Of a stretch of DNA of 64,000 bases, positions 19,472-28,547 are shown piece by piece. The translations under genes and the position numbers were made by a program. The stretch lies in contig JBMNOE010000012.1 of the NCBI GenBank assembly GCA_050942895.1, positions 1,064-65,063 of the forward strand. The letters run 5' to 3'. This stretch comes from Christensenellales bacterium (GTDB taxonomy: Bacteria > Bacillota > Clostridia > Christensenellales > UBA1750). Each line of letters opens with the position of its first letter. Position 1 is the stretch's first letter. Below the pieces are notes generated by a model. The model searched no databases and was not told where the DNA came from. It worked only from the letters and a program-made list of their open reading frames with translations.

Positions 19472-20223
19472 TCAAATCACTCTCCACTCCATATAACCCG
19501 TTGTAAACGGCAGATGATCAAATTTTCTTGTGCCCATGTGGACAAAACCGTTCATGGCATACCAGTCTTTGAGTCTTGTGTTCTCCTCAATGATATCGAG
19601 CGTGATTTTAATCCCGCCAAATTCATACACTTTTGCCTTACAGAAATCCAGCAGTTTCTTACCATAACCAAGATGTCGCCATTCAGGCAAGACTGCAAGC
19701 TGATTCAATTCATACACGCCGTTACCCATATCTGTGAGCGAGACAAAGCCATATATCTTATCGTCCACAAACAAGGCATAAGGATAATACCCATCTTTTA
19801 TCTTGCTGCGCAAACGGTCGTATGCGGTAAATGACAGATGCCCAGGAGCATTCTCCCGCGTCCAACCGAAATCCTTCGCAATGGTGGAGAAGCTGCGGCT
19901 GACAACATCGGCATACTCTGAGAGCCGCTCGGTGCTTACCGGAGCAACTACGGCCTTGTGAACCGCCTCCAGTTCAAGCTCTACCGAACCGACAGGGCAA
20001 TAAAAGCGACACTTGTGCTTTTCCTGCCCGATTGTCCGCAAATCGCCTCCACACCGTATGGTTTCCATCAGAGGAAATAGCTTGAGCATATTTTTTGACG
20101 CAACCCATCTGGGCATCCGTATTCACAGCTATATGTATCGCCGACCTCATGACCGTTGCGATAACCATCGCTTTTAACCACTGATATTCTGAACCGAAAA
20201 TTTTCCGTGGTGAATTCATTCAT
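19472..20223 (-). pseudogene. TIGR04076-like small Cys protein running into a GNAT acetyltransferase, two frame changes ~20070-20110
   Basis: ATG 20223 (ATGA overlap) gives MNEFTTENFRFRISVVKSDGYRNGHEVGDTYSCEYGCPDG. The gene then continues as ..CVKKYAQA.. in a second frame and ..LFPLMETIRCGGDLRTIGQEKHKCRFYCPVGSVELELEAV in a third. That third frame continues without a stop or start codon into a GNAT domain (..YALFVDDKIYGFVSL..LAVLPEWRHLGYGKKLLDF..). Confidence 0.6.
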
Positions 20224-20600
20224 GCCGTTTCCCTCCTTATCAATATCCGATTCATGTATTCGCTGTTGTTGTGAATGTCCATAACAAGCTGTTTTTCCTC
20301 TTCGCTGCACCCGATGAGGATTTTGATCTCACTGTCCTTTTTGAACAAATCTACTGTGACGATGATTGCGTCGATAAGCTCGCCATTTGTGCCTTTCCAT
20401 GCGTCAATCCCGCCGCCGTCCATGGACGAGGTGTTTTCGAGATAGCCGTAATCGACAGGGTATATGAGCGCCGGGTACTTTGGGTGGCGGCTGCCCTCGG
20501 GGCGGTCGATTATTATTTTTGACTCCGAAACAAGCTTGTCTAGAGCAGACCAGAAGGCGGGGCTATGGTTCTCCAGATTTGCGTTTTTGTTACCGCTCAA
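20220..20600 (-). CDS. Inorganic-pyrophosphatase-like domain protein
   Basis: ..IIDRPEGSRHPKYPALIYPVDYGYLENTSSMDGGGIDAW.. resembles the DR..YP.NYGY...T...DGD.D core of family I PPases, with a degenerate DGD. Confidence 0.5.
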   Translation of the reverse strand: MSGNKNANLENHSPAFWSALDKLVSESKIIIDRPEGSRHPKYPALIYPVDYGYLENTSSMDGGGIDAWKGTNGELIDAIIVTVDLFKKDSEIKILIGCSEEEKQLVMDIHNNSEYMNRILIRRETA

Positions 20601-21090
20601 AATCCTTACACCTCACAAAGCTCATTTTCAGCTTTCCATTATCATCGTCCGCCACACCGATGTACACATCACGGTCATTGGGGCCTCTTTTCGTGTAATG
20701 CTTAAGCATAGCCGCATATGTCGCCGTATAATTCCGCTTTAACAGCGCCTTTTGTTTGACCCAATACAGCGTACCTTCGTCCGTTTGGATAACATCGGAA
20801 ACGGTTGTTTCTCCAAAATAAATATAGCTCTGCCGAATCTCATCTTTGCCTCTGCGCGTAATGATATAGAGCAGATCAAGGGATGTGACATTGTCCTGAC
20901 GTATACCGGTTTCTTCCTCGATTTCCCTATAACACGCCGATAGCGGATCGTTTATCTCAAGTGGCTCTATATGCCCGCCGACTCCGCTCCAAAAACCGGG
21001 GTTGATTTTTCGATTGTCTGCGCGTTTCATCAGCAAATACTGGTTGTCGTTTTCCAAAAATGCCGCTACATAATTTTTTAGCGTTATCAT
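20590..21090 (-). CDS. NUDIX hydrolase
   Basis: Nudix box GVGGHIEPLEINDPLSACYREIEEETGI. ATGA overlap with the upstream gene. Confidence 0.85.
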   Translation of the reverse strand: MITLKNYVAAFLENDNQYLLMKRADNRKINPGFWSGVGGHIEPLEINDPLSACYREIEEETGIRQDNVTSLDLLYIITRRGKDEIRQSYIYFGETTVSDVIQTDEGTLYWVKQKALLKRNYTATYAAMLKHYTKRGPNDRDVYIGVADDDNGKLKMSFVRCKDFER

Positions 21091-22670
21091 ATTCCCTCCA
21101 ACAGTTTCTCCACCGAAGCGAGCAATCTGCCGTCCTTCACTTTTTCCAACCCGTCATTCGCCCAGTTCGGAATGATCTTGCGCTGGCAAGCGATGAGGAG
21201 GCTTGATAATTCGCAAACAACGCTGTCTATGATGACCTCGTGCTCATCGAATCCGCCATAAGCTGATACAAACGCCGCTTTTGCTTCGTCTGTGCCGAGG
21301 CTGCTGCATACATTGCGGATATCCGAGTAGACGTATGACTTATAAAAGAAGTTGTAGTCGAACATCAATGCGCTCCGTCCGTCGCGCGCCACAGCAAGAT
21401 TCGTATAGTGAAAATCGGTGTAAACAAAAGTTCGCGGCAGTTTCATGACAGCAGTACGGATTTTATCATAATGCTTCTCGATGACTTGCCATACCGGCAG
21501 TCCGCTTGTCCCGGTTTTCTCTTGGATGAGCCGAAGATTATCAAGCGTTAGGCTGTCGTATTCGTCAATAAAATCGTGAGTATTTGCGTACCCGCGTCCG
21601 TTTTGGTGAAGTGTTCTGTACCAGTGCGCGATTCTTTCGGCGATATTCTGGTCGCTCATATCCTCCGGTGTACCCAATCGATACTCGCTTCGCTCAATAT
21701 CCTCCATGACAAGGGAACAATCCGTATGGGCAACCATTTTCAGCGTTGGGATGCCGAGTGAATTAAGCAGCTGATAATTGGCTATCTCCCGCCGATACTC
21801 CGGCTTGTCAAAGCATTTCATCACATAACTGTCAGTGCCAGCAGCAACTCGCCAGACAGAAACACCGTCTTTGTCGCGGATTAGCGATAAATTGTTAAAA
21901 GGAACATTCATGCGCTGTAATTCGGATTTCGCTAGCCGCTCAATAGTGCTTGAAAATTCCGCGTCTATGACATCCGCGAAGCGCTGAATGACTGCGTTAT
22001 CCATGCTCTTCTCGGGTGATAACTGCGCATCGTATCGGTTTTGCACTGCTCTTTTCATCGCGTCCTCATCGGGGCATAAGCCGTTTTCAAGCGCCCATTC
22101 CCCGGCGGCGGTTTTGGCGATTACTTTTCCTGTGCGAAGCGTGTAAATCCCGCGCGCAATGTCCAGTAGCCAACCGACGACTTCTCCGAACTTTCTCGCC
22201 GCCTTGACATGGCGGGCAATATCGTCTCGCATTTGTGCATATGTTGGATAGGTCATCTTGTGACGAATATCATCGCCATAGAGCAAGATGCCGCTATCAA
22301 GCAGTTCAGACATGCCGAAGCTGTCCATGTCCCAACCGTCTGTGATACGCTGTCCGCTCGTTCCCCAGTACACCGCCCGTTCGCCTTTGCCGTTTAGAAA
22401 AGCGTCCGCCGAGAGCATACCACCCTCAAATAAGCGAAAATGCGGATTGCCCGGATAATGTTCTAGCATGGCTTGACGAAGTTCGACGAGCACATTCGCT
22501 TGCTGCTCGGTGATTTCACGCTCGGTCAAAACGGCAATATCGATATCGCTCCAGCCAAACTGAAAATCGTCAAGCACAACAGAGCCGAAAAGGTAGATTG
22601 TCGGCTTATTGTCGGTGAGAATTGACACGATTTCATTGGTCATAACTTGCATGGCTTCGTTAAGTGTCAT
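21087..22670 (-). CDS. Bifunctional-looking fusion: AadA/ANT-like nucleotidyltransferase (plus DUF4111-like helical part) and APH-fold phosphotransferase
   Basis: The N-terminus ..PTIYLFGSVVLDDFQFGWSDIDIAVLT has the minimal NTase G-S..D-x-D motif. The C-terminal half is ..SVWRVAAGTDSYVMKCF..LVMEDIE..FVYTDFHYTNLAVARDGRSALMFDYNFF, a kinase catalytic loop with Tyr in place of the usual His. Confidence 0.8.
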   Translation of the reverse strand: MTLNEAMQVMTNEIVSILTDNKPTIYLFGSVVLDDFQFGWSDIDIAVLTEREITEQQANVLVELRQAMLEHYPGNPHFRLFEGGMLSADAFLNGKGERAVYWGTSGQRITDGWDMDSFGMSELLDSGILLYGDDIRHKMTYPTYAQMRDDIARHVKAARKFGEVVGWLLDIARGIYTLRTGKVIAKTAAGEWALENGLCPDEDAMKRAVQNRYDAQLSPEKSMDNAVIQRFADVIDAEFSSTIERLAKSELQRMNVPFNNLSLIRDKDGVSVWRVAAGTDSYVMKCFDKPEYRREIANYQLLNSLGIPTLKMVAHTDCSLVMEDIERSEYRLGTPEDMSDQNIAERIAHWYRTLHQNGRGYANTHDFIDEYDSLTLDNLRLIQEKTGTSGLPVWQVIEKHYDKIRTAVMKLPRTFVYTDFHYTNLAVARDGRSALMFDYNFFYKSYVYSDIRNVCSSLGTDEAKAAFVSAYGGFDEHEVIIDSVVCELSSLLIACQRKIIPNWANDGLEKVKDGRLLASVEKLLEGI

Positions 22671-24063
22671 CTCGCTGCCTCCACCATCTCATCAAAATAA
22701 GGATAATCGAGCAGCTCTCCGCTCACCATCATTTCGCGGATTTTATCGGCCGATGCCCACATCACGTCACAGGTTTCATCGGGTGCAAGGATTACGGTTG
22801 ATATATCCACATTTTGCCGAAACAGCCAAACATCAATCAAACCATTACATCCGGCGGTGCTACACGGTAAGTGATGATAGATTATTCGCCCATTTTTCGG
22901 CTCAAGGATAACACCTAATTCTTCTTTTGCTTCCTTCAACACCGTGGTAAAGCTGTCATCTCCCGCAACCGCACTTCCGCCCGTACATTCCCACATATTC
23001 GGGAACATTTTGTTCGGTGCCCTCTGTGAAATAAGGTATTCGCCGTTATCGCTCTCAATCCAAACAGAAACCTCAAGGTGATGTTCGCCTTTGTTCATAG
23101 GTCTCCCACGTTCATAAAAACGCCCGATCTTGTTACCATCCTTATCCAGAACATCCCATAACTCGTAACCGCTGAGATACCAAGTCGGTACAGGGTTTTG
23201 CATATTGTTGAACCAGCGAAGGACATTCTTTAAATGCCGACTGCCTTCCTCCGGCTCGACCTGATTGTGAACCGACGTATCGCATAATGCTGCCAGCGCG
23301 TCATATGCGAGGTAGTATCTGTGCATCTCGAAAAACTCGTTTGGCGGTAGGCTCTCAAAGTATCCGTTAATTAGCCCTGTGCAAAAAGGAGCATTCGGTT
23401 CGTTGCCCCAATTTGTCGGGTCAAATTCCCACCACGGGTCACCATAGCCTTTGTTGTACGCGTTGAAATCAATCACACCAACCCCACCGTCGGGCATGAC
23501 CATCAGGTTGGATTTATTGTAATCTCCATGATTGAAGGTCTGCGGTCGATTCTCGAGCAAATGCTTGTTATCTTTCAGAAACCGAACAATTCTATCGCCG
23601 TTTTTTGATTTGATGGGTTTTGCGTTGTAGAAGTCAATGCGTCCTTGTACTTTACGATAAAACCAGTCCTCCCACGGTTCGGCACCCTCCGGCGCGGGCA
23701 GTGTATGTATCTTTCGCAGCGTTTCACCCGCTTTTAACCCCAACACATATTGCTTAGTTTCGGACATGAGCGACAGCGCCGTCTCTGCGTCCTCGCCGTC
23801 AAGCCAGCCGGAAAGAGAATAGCAGTGCGTCCGTCATCACACAGGCCAAATTCAATAGGCGGCGGTGTTAAAATACCATGATTATACACCCGTTCCATCA
23901 TTTCGTATTCAGCCTTTTTGCGGTCGAGTTCCGCGATATCCGAGACACGCAAAAGCATCTGCCGACCGTCTGCGGTTTCGACGCGGTACTTCTTATCGCC
24001 CGACCAGCCCTTGGTGATGGGCTCGATTTTTGCGAACGAATCATTGCTCGGTATATCCTTCAT
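22667..24063 (-). pseudogene. APH-fold phosphotransferase fused to a C-terminal NUDIX domain; single frameshift ~23818-23828
   Basis: 23734..24063 gives MKDIPSNDSFAKIEPITKGWSGDKKYRVETADGRQMLLRV..GLCDDGRTA. The other frame continues YSLSGWLDGEDAETALSLMSETKQY..FNHGDYNKSNLMV..GVIDFN... The NUDIX part is ..ECTGGSAVAGDDSFTTVLKEAKEELGV. Confidence 0.8.
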
Positions 24064-24067
24064 CGAT

Positions 24068-24955
24068 TCACTTCCTTCCGCTTGCGATCAAAACGGTTAC
24101 CGTAGAAAAATCCCACTGCTTCTCACCTGATAGGTATAGTTCTACTCTTTTGTCATATCGCTTGTTTATCATGGTTCGAAGCTTTGTTTGCTCCGACACC
24201 GGAAGCGCATCTGGATCAAGCCGCAGAGCCTTTTCCATGCTCGCTAAACTGCTCAGACGGTTGCAGTTTATTTGTTCCAAAGCCGCCTCCCTTGTAACTG
24301 AAGCGTTGTCCGGCGCATATTCGGTTACGGTTATAAAGTCGACATTGACATCGCGGAATCCTGCTCTTTCAAGAACAACAGGATACTCCTTTTCGTCCAT
24401 TTCGTAGGAGCCAATATCCTTGACGGGCTGATTCTTATTTGCTTTTGCCCATAGTTTACCTGAGAGCACCTCTTCGCCCTCGCCGACAATATACCAATTG
24501 TTGTTCCTTACACTAAGCCGCGTGCGTACCGAAAGCACAGCAATGCGACCATCGGGCTTTAATACACGGAGTTGTTCAAAAAGAAAAGGTGTTGTCGGGA
24601 CATGCTCCACAACCGTATGTGAGTAACACAAATCAAAGGTGTTATCCCCAAATGGAAGCTTTGTCGCGTCCCCGTTTACAAATTCGCAATCAAGCCCAAG
24701 CTCGGCGGATTTTTGCTTTGCGTATTCGATATGACCACTGTCAAAATCAAGCCCGGTCACCTTTGTTTTTGGTAGATGCTTTTTTATCCGATGACAAAAT
24801 AGCCCTCCGGCACAGCCGAGCTCCAAAACATCTATACCGTCTGTCACACCTATGGCATTCAACCAAAGGTCCTTGTTTTCATCCGTAAAACGCAGTGCCC
24901 GCGAACGGTAAAGCTCTTCCGAGGTTTGTACAAATTGTGACCAGTTATTATTCAT
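24068..24955 (-). CDS. Class I SAM-dependent methyltransferase
   Basis: Motif I is VLELGCAGGLF, followed by ..VTGLDFDSGHIEYAK..FVNGDATKLPFGDNTFDLCYSHTVVEHV. Confidence 0.85.
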   Translation of the reverse strand: MNNNWSQFVQTSEELYRSRALRFTDENKDLWLNAIGVTDGIDVLELGCAGGLFCHRIKKHLPKTKVTGLDFDSGHIEYAKQKSAELGLDCEFVNGDATKLPFGDNTFDLCYSHTVVEHVPTTPFLFEQLRVLKPDGRIAVLSVRTRLSVRNNNWYIVGEGEEVLSGKLWAKANKNQPVKDIGSYEMDEKEYPVVLERAGFRDVNVDFITVTEYAPDNASVTREAALEQINCNRLSSLASMEKALRLDPDALPVSEQTKLRTMINKRYDKRVELYLSGEKQWDFSTVTVLIASGRK

Positions 24956-25164
24956 TGTTCATTATCCTCCACCAGTTCCATAATCTCGGTTATATCGCAG
25001 CCCAGCGCCACGCAAATTTTCACCAGCACATCGGTGGTAATGTTATCTCCTCTGTTGAGCTTAGCAATGGACGCGGTGCTGATGCCGGTCGCTCTTTTCA
25101 AGTCCTGCTTATTCATCTTCTTGTCGAGCATGATATGCCAGAGTTTGTTATAGCTGATTCTCAC
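24952..25164 (-). CDS. XRE-family helix-turn-helix protein (first gene of the array)
   Basis: ..MNKQDLKRATGISTASIAKLNRGDNITTDVLVKICVALGCDITEIMELV. GTG start preceded by AAGGAGG. ATGA overlap with the methyltransferase. Confidence 0.85.
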   Translation of the reverse strand: MRISYNKLWHIMLDKKMNKQDLKRATGISTASIAKLNRGDNITTDVLVKICVALGCDITEIMELVEDNEQ

Positions 25165-25212
25165 GAAAATGCCTCCTTATAGCTGTGTGAGCTTTTTAGC
25201 TGTTATTCCTGC

Positions 25213-25221
25213 TTTATACCA
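25213..25221 (-). promoter_or_regulatory. Candidate extended -10 (TGGTATAAA) for the XRE-led array
   Basis: The minus strand reads TGGTATAAA ~45 nt upstream of the GTG start. No good -35 is seen. Confidence 0.35.
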
Positions 25222-25251
25222 AAACAGATTACGGAGCGGTTTTTGAACAAT

Positions 25252-26786
25252 TTAGGTCACCCCATTCAAAAAGCCATAGCAACCGTTATGTATGTCCTTC
25301 GTGAACGGAACCACATTTACGCCTTCATAATTCAATTTCGGGATGTCGTTTTCAATAGTAATGATCTGCCCGTGTTGCTGATGATCAATCAGATATTAAA
25401 ACAATGCCACTTTCATGCTATCCGAAGCTTCATCGCTAACTTTCTCTTTTAGCGACAAAATGGGGAGTCCACAATCAACAGCCCCGGCGTGAATTTGCCG
25501 TGAGTGTCGAGGTGCTCCATAAAAGCAACCGCCAGCTTTGGTTGAAATATACCGAGCTGAATCCGTCGTATTCGCAGGCTTGCAGTAAGCGGGTCAAGAT
25601 TTCATCCAAAATCGCTACCATATCGCCATCGAAGTGGCTCTTTACATCAAATTGGGTCTGGGTGGATTCCTCTTCTGTCTGAACATCAAGGAGTTCACTT
25701 TTCATTGCGGTTTCAATCTGATGTATGACGGCCACCTCGTTGCGGATTTCGATAGCTCTGCGGTATTCCAGTAAGGACTGCTTTAGTCCGGCGATTTTGG
25801 GCTTGAGTTCACTGTTGATGATGGTTTCAACGCTCAAGCGTTCCCCGCTGAGAGCGATCATTTGAGCAGCCAATGTTTCGCGCTCTGAAACCGATATCCT
25901 TTTCCGCTTCGGCCAAATCCTCGAGGCGGAGCGCAATGCGTTCCGCCTCGGCATGAGAAGTCTCCGCATACGAATGCTCGTGCTGTTCATCGATATCTCC
26001 GCCGCAGAAGGGACATTTTGCATTGGCGGTCAAATCACCGCTGTGTACCTCTCCTTCTACAATGAAGGTCAGCCGCTTTATATCCGCGTTGTATTGACTG
26101 CGGAGCGCCTGATACCGGTTGTAAAGAACATTGCACTCCGCCATGCGGCTTAAGCGGGTATTGATATATTCCACAACCGCTTTTTTCTTAGCCTCTTTGA
26201 TTTTCTTTTCTTCCTTCGGGTCTGTTTCCTCGTAATTCAATCCCGTCAGCAGATAAAGAAGTGCTGACAACGATGCCATCTTCTGTGTGTCGTGCCTCGA
26301 AACCATGATGGACTCCGTTTGAAATACATGACCTTCATCAATCAAGAGCGCATGGAGGAAGCTTCTGAATGTCAGCCGCTGTTTATCAAAGCGTCCATTT
26401 TTTATGATGCTGGATGTTCCGTCAATTCCTATGAGCGAAAGCCAAACATCGCTGATGTTGTTTTTCGCCCCATCCACCTTATAATCGCCCGAATCGATGT
26501 TTTTCAGGGCGTTGGAGACCTTAACCGTTTTTGTATCCAGTTTGCGTTCAAATTTAACAGTGCCGCTGTTATCCACCTGCACAATCGCTTTCACGGTATC
26601 ATGCCCGGATTTTTGGTCAAGACGGATGGTTTTGCTGCCGAACAGGTAGTCAAGGCACTCGACAACATAGCTTTTACCCGTGCTTGAAGGGCCGCACACA
26701 ATGTTCAAGCCTTTGTCAAAATCAATAACAGACGGCTCGTCCTTTCCGCCACTTACGATGATTCGTTTGATGTGGAAATCAGCCGT
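25252..26786 (-). pseudogene. SMC/Rad50/ABC-type ATPase (DUF3732/LmuB-like or ABC-3C-like), start codon lost, >=3 frame changes, in-frame TAA
   Basis: An AGGGAGG RBS sits 8 nt before ACG 26786 (probable former ATG). The reading is (M)ADFHIKRIIVSGGKDEPSVIDFDKGLNIVCGPSSTGKSYVVECLDYLFGS with a Walker A motif. A coiled-coil region with CPFCGGDI follows. Frame changes lie ~25830-26020, ~25555 and ~25455. Walker B-like GLLIVDSP is present. TAA 25396-25398 interrupts ..KVALF*YLIDHQQHGQIITIENDIP. Confidence 0.7.
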
Positions 26787-27649
26787 TGCCTGCGCCTCCC
26801 TTTATTGAAGCTATCGAATGTCGATTGATTGACCGCATATACAAAGCCGGTTTGTCTGCCAGATACGTTCACGAGCCCATCTAAAACCAACTTTTTCAAT
26901 GCCTTGTTGACCGTATCGCGCCGGACGGTAAATTCGCTGAACTTAAAGTTATTGTCTCCATGCAGGCTTTCATCGGCAATTCCAAAATCCTTGCCATACG
27001 CGGTGATAAAATCCCTCATCGTCATCCACCCACTTTGTCCGTCGTCATTCACGAGAAAATGGCAGACACCCTTCTTTTCACTGTTGCCGATCCAGTCGGT
27101 TTTGCGCAGCGTACACTTGCTGATGGGTGTGATGGCAGCTTGCGTCATGACTGCTCCCAGCCTGTCAAATCCGTTTTCATATTTCTGTTCATGAACATCG
27201 ACAATGCCATCGTATGTTTCGTTTTTCAGGGTTTCAAACTGGTGGGTGCCGGCGTTGCCAAAGGCCTCGCGAGTGCCCCTTCTGACACTTTCAGCGGCGT
27301 AGTAATCTTTACGCTGTCGCTGGAAGTTCTTTTTATATTTACGGTAACTGTCAAGTCCATCCTTGCTCAATTCCGAAAGACCTTCGGCATCGGCATATGC
27401 CTCCAATAGCGCCTCGACATACGGCATTTCATCCTCTGAAAGCTCATCGGGGGGAGAAAGGATGACCGGGCAAGGCAGCTTGGCAAGCAGGGTGCGGAGT
27501 TTGGATAAGTCGTGAGAAATTTCTTCGGCGAACTCTGTATCGGCTGCGGCTGCGTTTGCAATAGCTCTCATTATCCCAACAAACAATTCGGCGCATTTAC
27601 TCACAATATCGGAAACGGAACCATTGTTGACTATTCCGCGTCTGGACAA
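26753..27649 (-). CDS. Hypothetical protein directly upstream of, and overlapping, the dead ATPase gene
   Basis: A 298-aa ORF whose C-terminus looks wHTH-like (..TVRRDTVNKALKKLVLDGLVNVSGRQTGFVYAV). It may be one gene with 27631..27960, split by a frameshift near 27640-27660. Confidence 0.5.
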   Translation of the reverse strand: MSRRGIVNNGSVSDIVSKCAELFVGIMRAIANAAAADTEFAEEISHDLSKLRTLLAKLPCPVILSPPDELSEDEMPYVEALLEAYADAEGLSELSKDGLDSYRKYKKNFQRQRKDYYAAESVRRGTREAFGNAGTHQFETLKNETYDGIVDVHEQKYENGFDRLGAVMTQAAITPISKCTLRKTDWIGNSEKKGVCHFLVNDDGQSGWMTMRDFITAYGKDFGIADESLHGDNNFKFSEFTVRRDTVNKALKKLVLDGLVNVSGRQTGFVYAVNQSTFDSFNKGRRRQRLISTSNESS

Positions 27650-27960
27650 TTCATTTGCAATCCCTGCCCTGCTATAGCTTCAAGTGAAAACGCACTCATA
27701 TATTCGGCAAACGCTTTTGTGTTCAAATGACCGAGAAAAGCGGTGGCGTTTTGCTGGCTTATTTTACGTTTTCCGTTATAAATTCGCTTGAGATAATCCG
27801 GTGCCATATCCAGCAGTGGGTTAGGGTCATCTGTATCTTCCATAAAGCTTCCAATCAAGGCGACGACAAAGTTGGACCCTGACTGGCTGTTACCGCAATA
27901 CGGATAAAGCACTTTTGCATATTCACTGAATGTCAATGGTGCGCCTCCTCGTCTTTTCAC
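27631..27960 (-). CDS. Hypothetical protein (possible N-terminal part of the 26753..27649 product)
   Basis: 109-aa ORF MKRRGGAPLTFSEYAKVLYPYCGNSQSG... Its end overlaps the open frame ..SRAGIANELSRRGIVNNGS.. of the next ORF. Confidence 0.4.
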   Translation of the reverse strand: MKRRGGAPLTFSEYAKVLYPYCGNSQSGSNFVVALIGSFMEDTDDPNPLLDMAPDYLKRIYNGKRKISQQNATAFLGHLNTKAFAEYMSAFSLEAIAGQGLQMNCPDAE

Positions 27961-28153
27961 TTGTACGATTCTTTACGGACTTGTCCGTGTTTGTGCGGAG
28001 ATTTAATAGCCCGTTTTTGTAAAGTAAATACGAGAGGACAAGTTGTTGATAAATGCATTTACAAGCTCATTCGTGATTGTTGATATTGTAGCATATACCA
28101 TCGCAAGAATCAACGAAATGTTCGCGAACGTAAAACGGAGAGGAGAATGATTT

Positions 28154-28306
28154 ATGCAAGAAGCGCGAAATAGCGATGGCCGCTTGGTTTGTCGCTTAAA
28201 CGAGTCTACTAGCACGATAGAAATCAAATAGAAAAATTGCATTACGCGCATTACAATCAACGCGGATGGCACAGTCAAGATTGTTAATATAAAATACGCC
28301 GCGTAA
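28154..28306 (+). pseudogene. Small conserved-looking ICE ORF with in-frame TAG
   Basis: GGAGAGGAG RBS, then MQEARNSDGRLVCRLNESTSTIEIK*KNCITRITINADGTVKIVNIKYAA. The TAG is at 28229-28231. Confidence 0.4.
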
Positions 28307-28345
28307 GAACAGCAAATCAATTCAATCGAAATCCGCGAGACCGCT

Positions 28346-28398
28346 GAGACGCTGGTGCGGAACGCCTGTAAATGGTGTTCCACCTGCCGTCTCTTTTT
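28346..28398 (+). terminator. Rho-independent terminator
   Basis: A long imperfect hairpin GAGACG..GGAAC..GTTCC..CGTCTC is followed by TTTTT (28394-28398). Confidence 0.6.
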
Positions 28399-28547
28399 GT
28401 TTCACGGATGATGGCTCCTGCGGATTTCACAGCCATGAAAAACGCGAAGGAGCCTTTACATGAGCATCAGCCAAAGCGCCCGCGCTCCTCCAGGTTTGAG
28501 TTTTTGCTTCCCCACGCCATCAAAAATTCAAATTTTCGAAGGTCACT

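Noticed and set aside
28003-28383. 126-aa - strand ORF
   Set aside because: It overlaps, antisense, the small + strand ICE ORF and its terminator. It has no RBS and odd composition.
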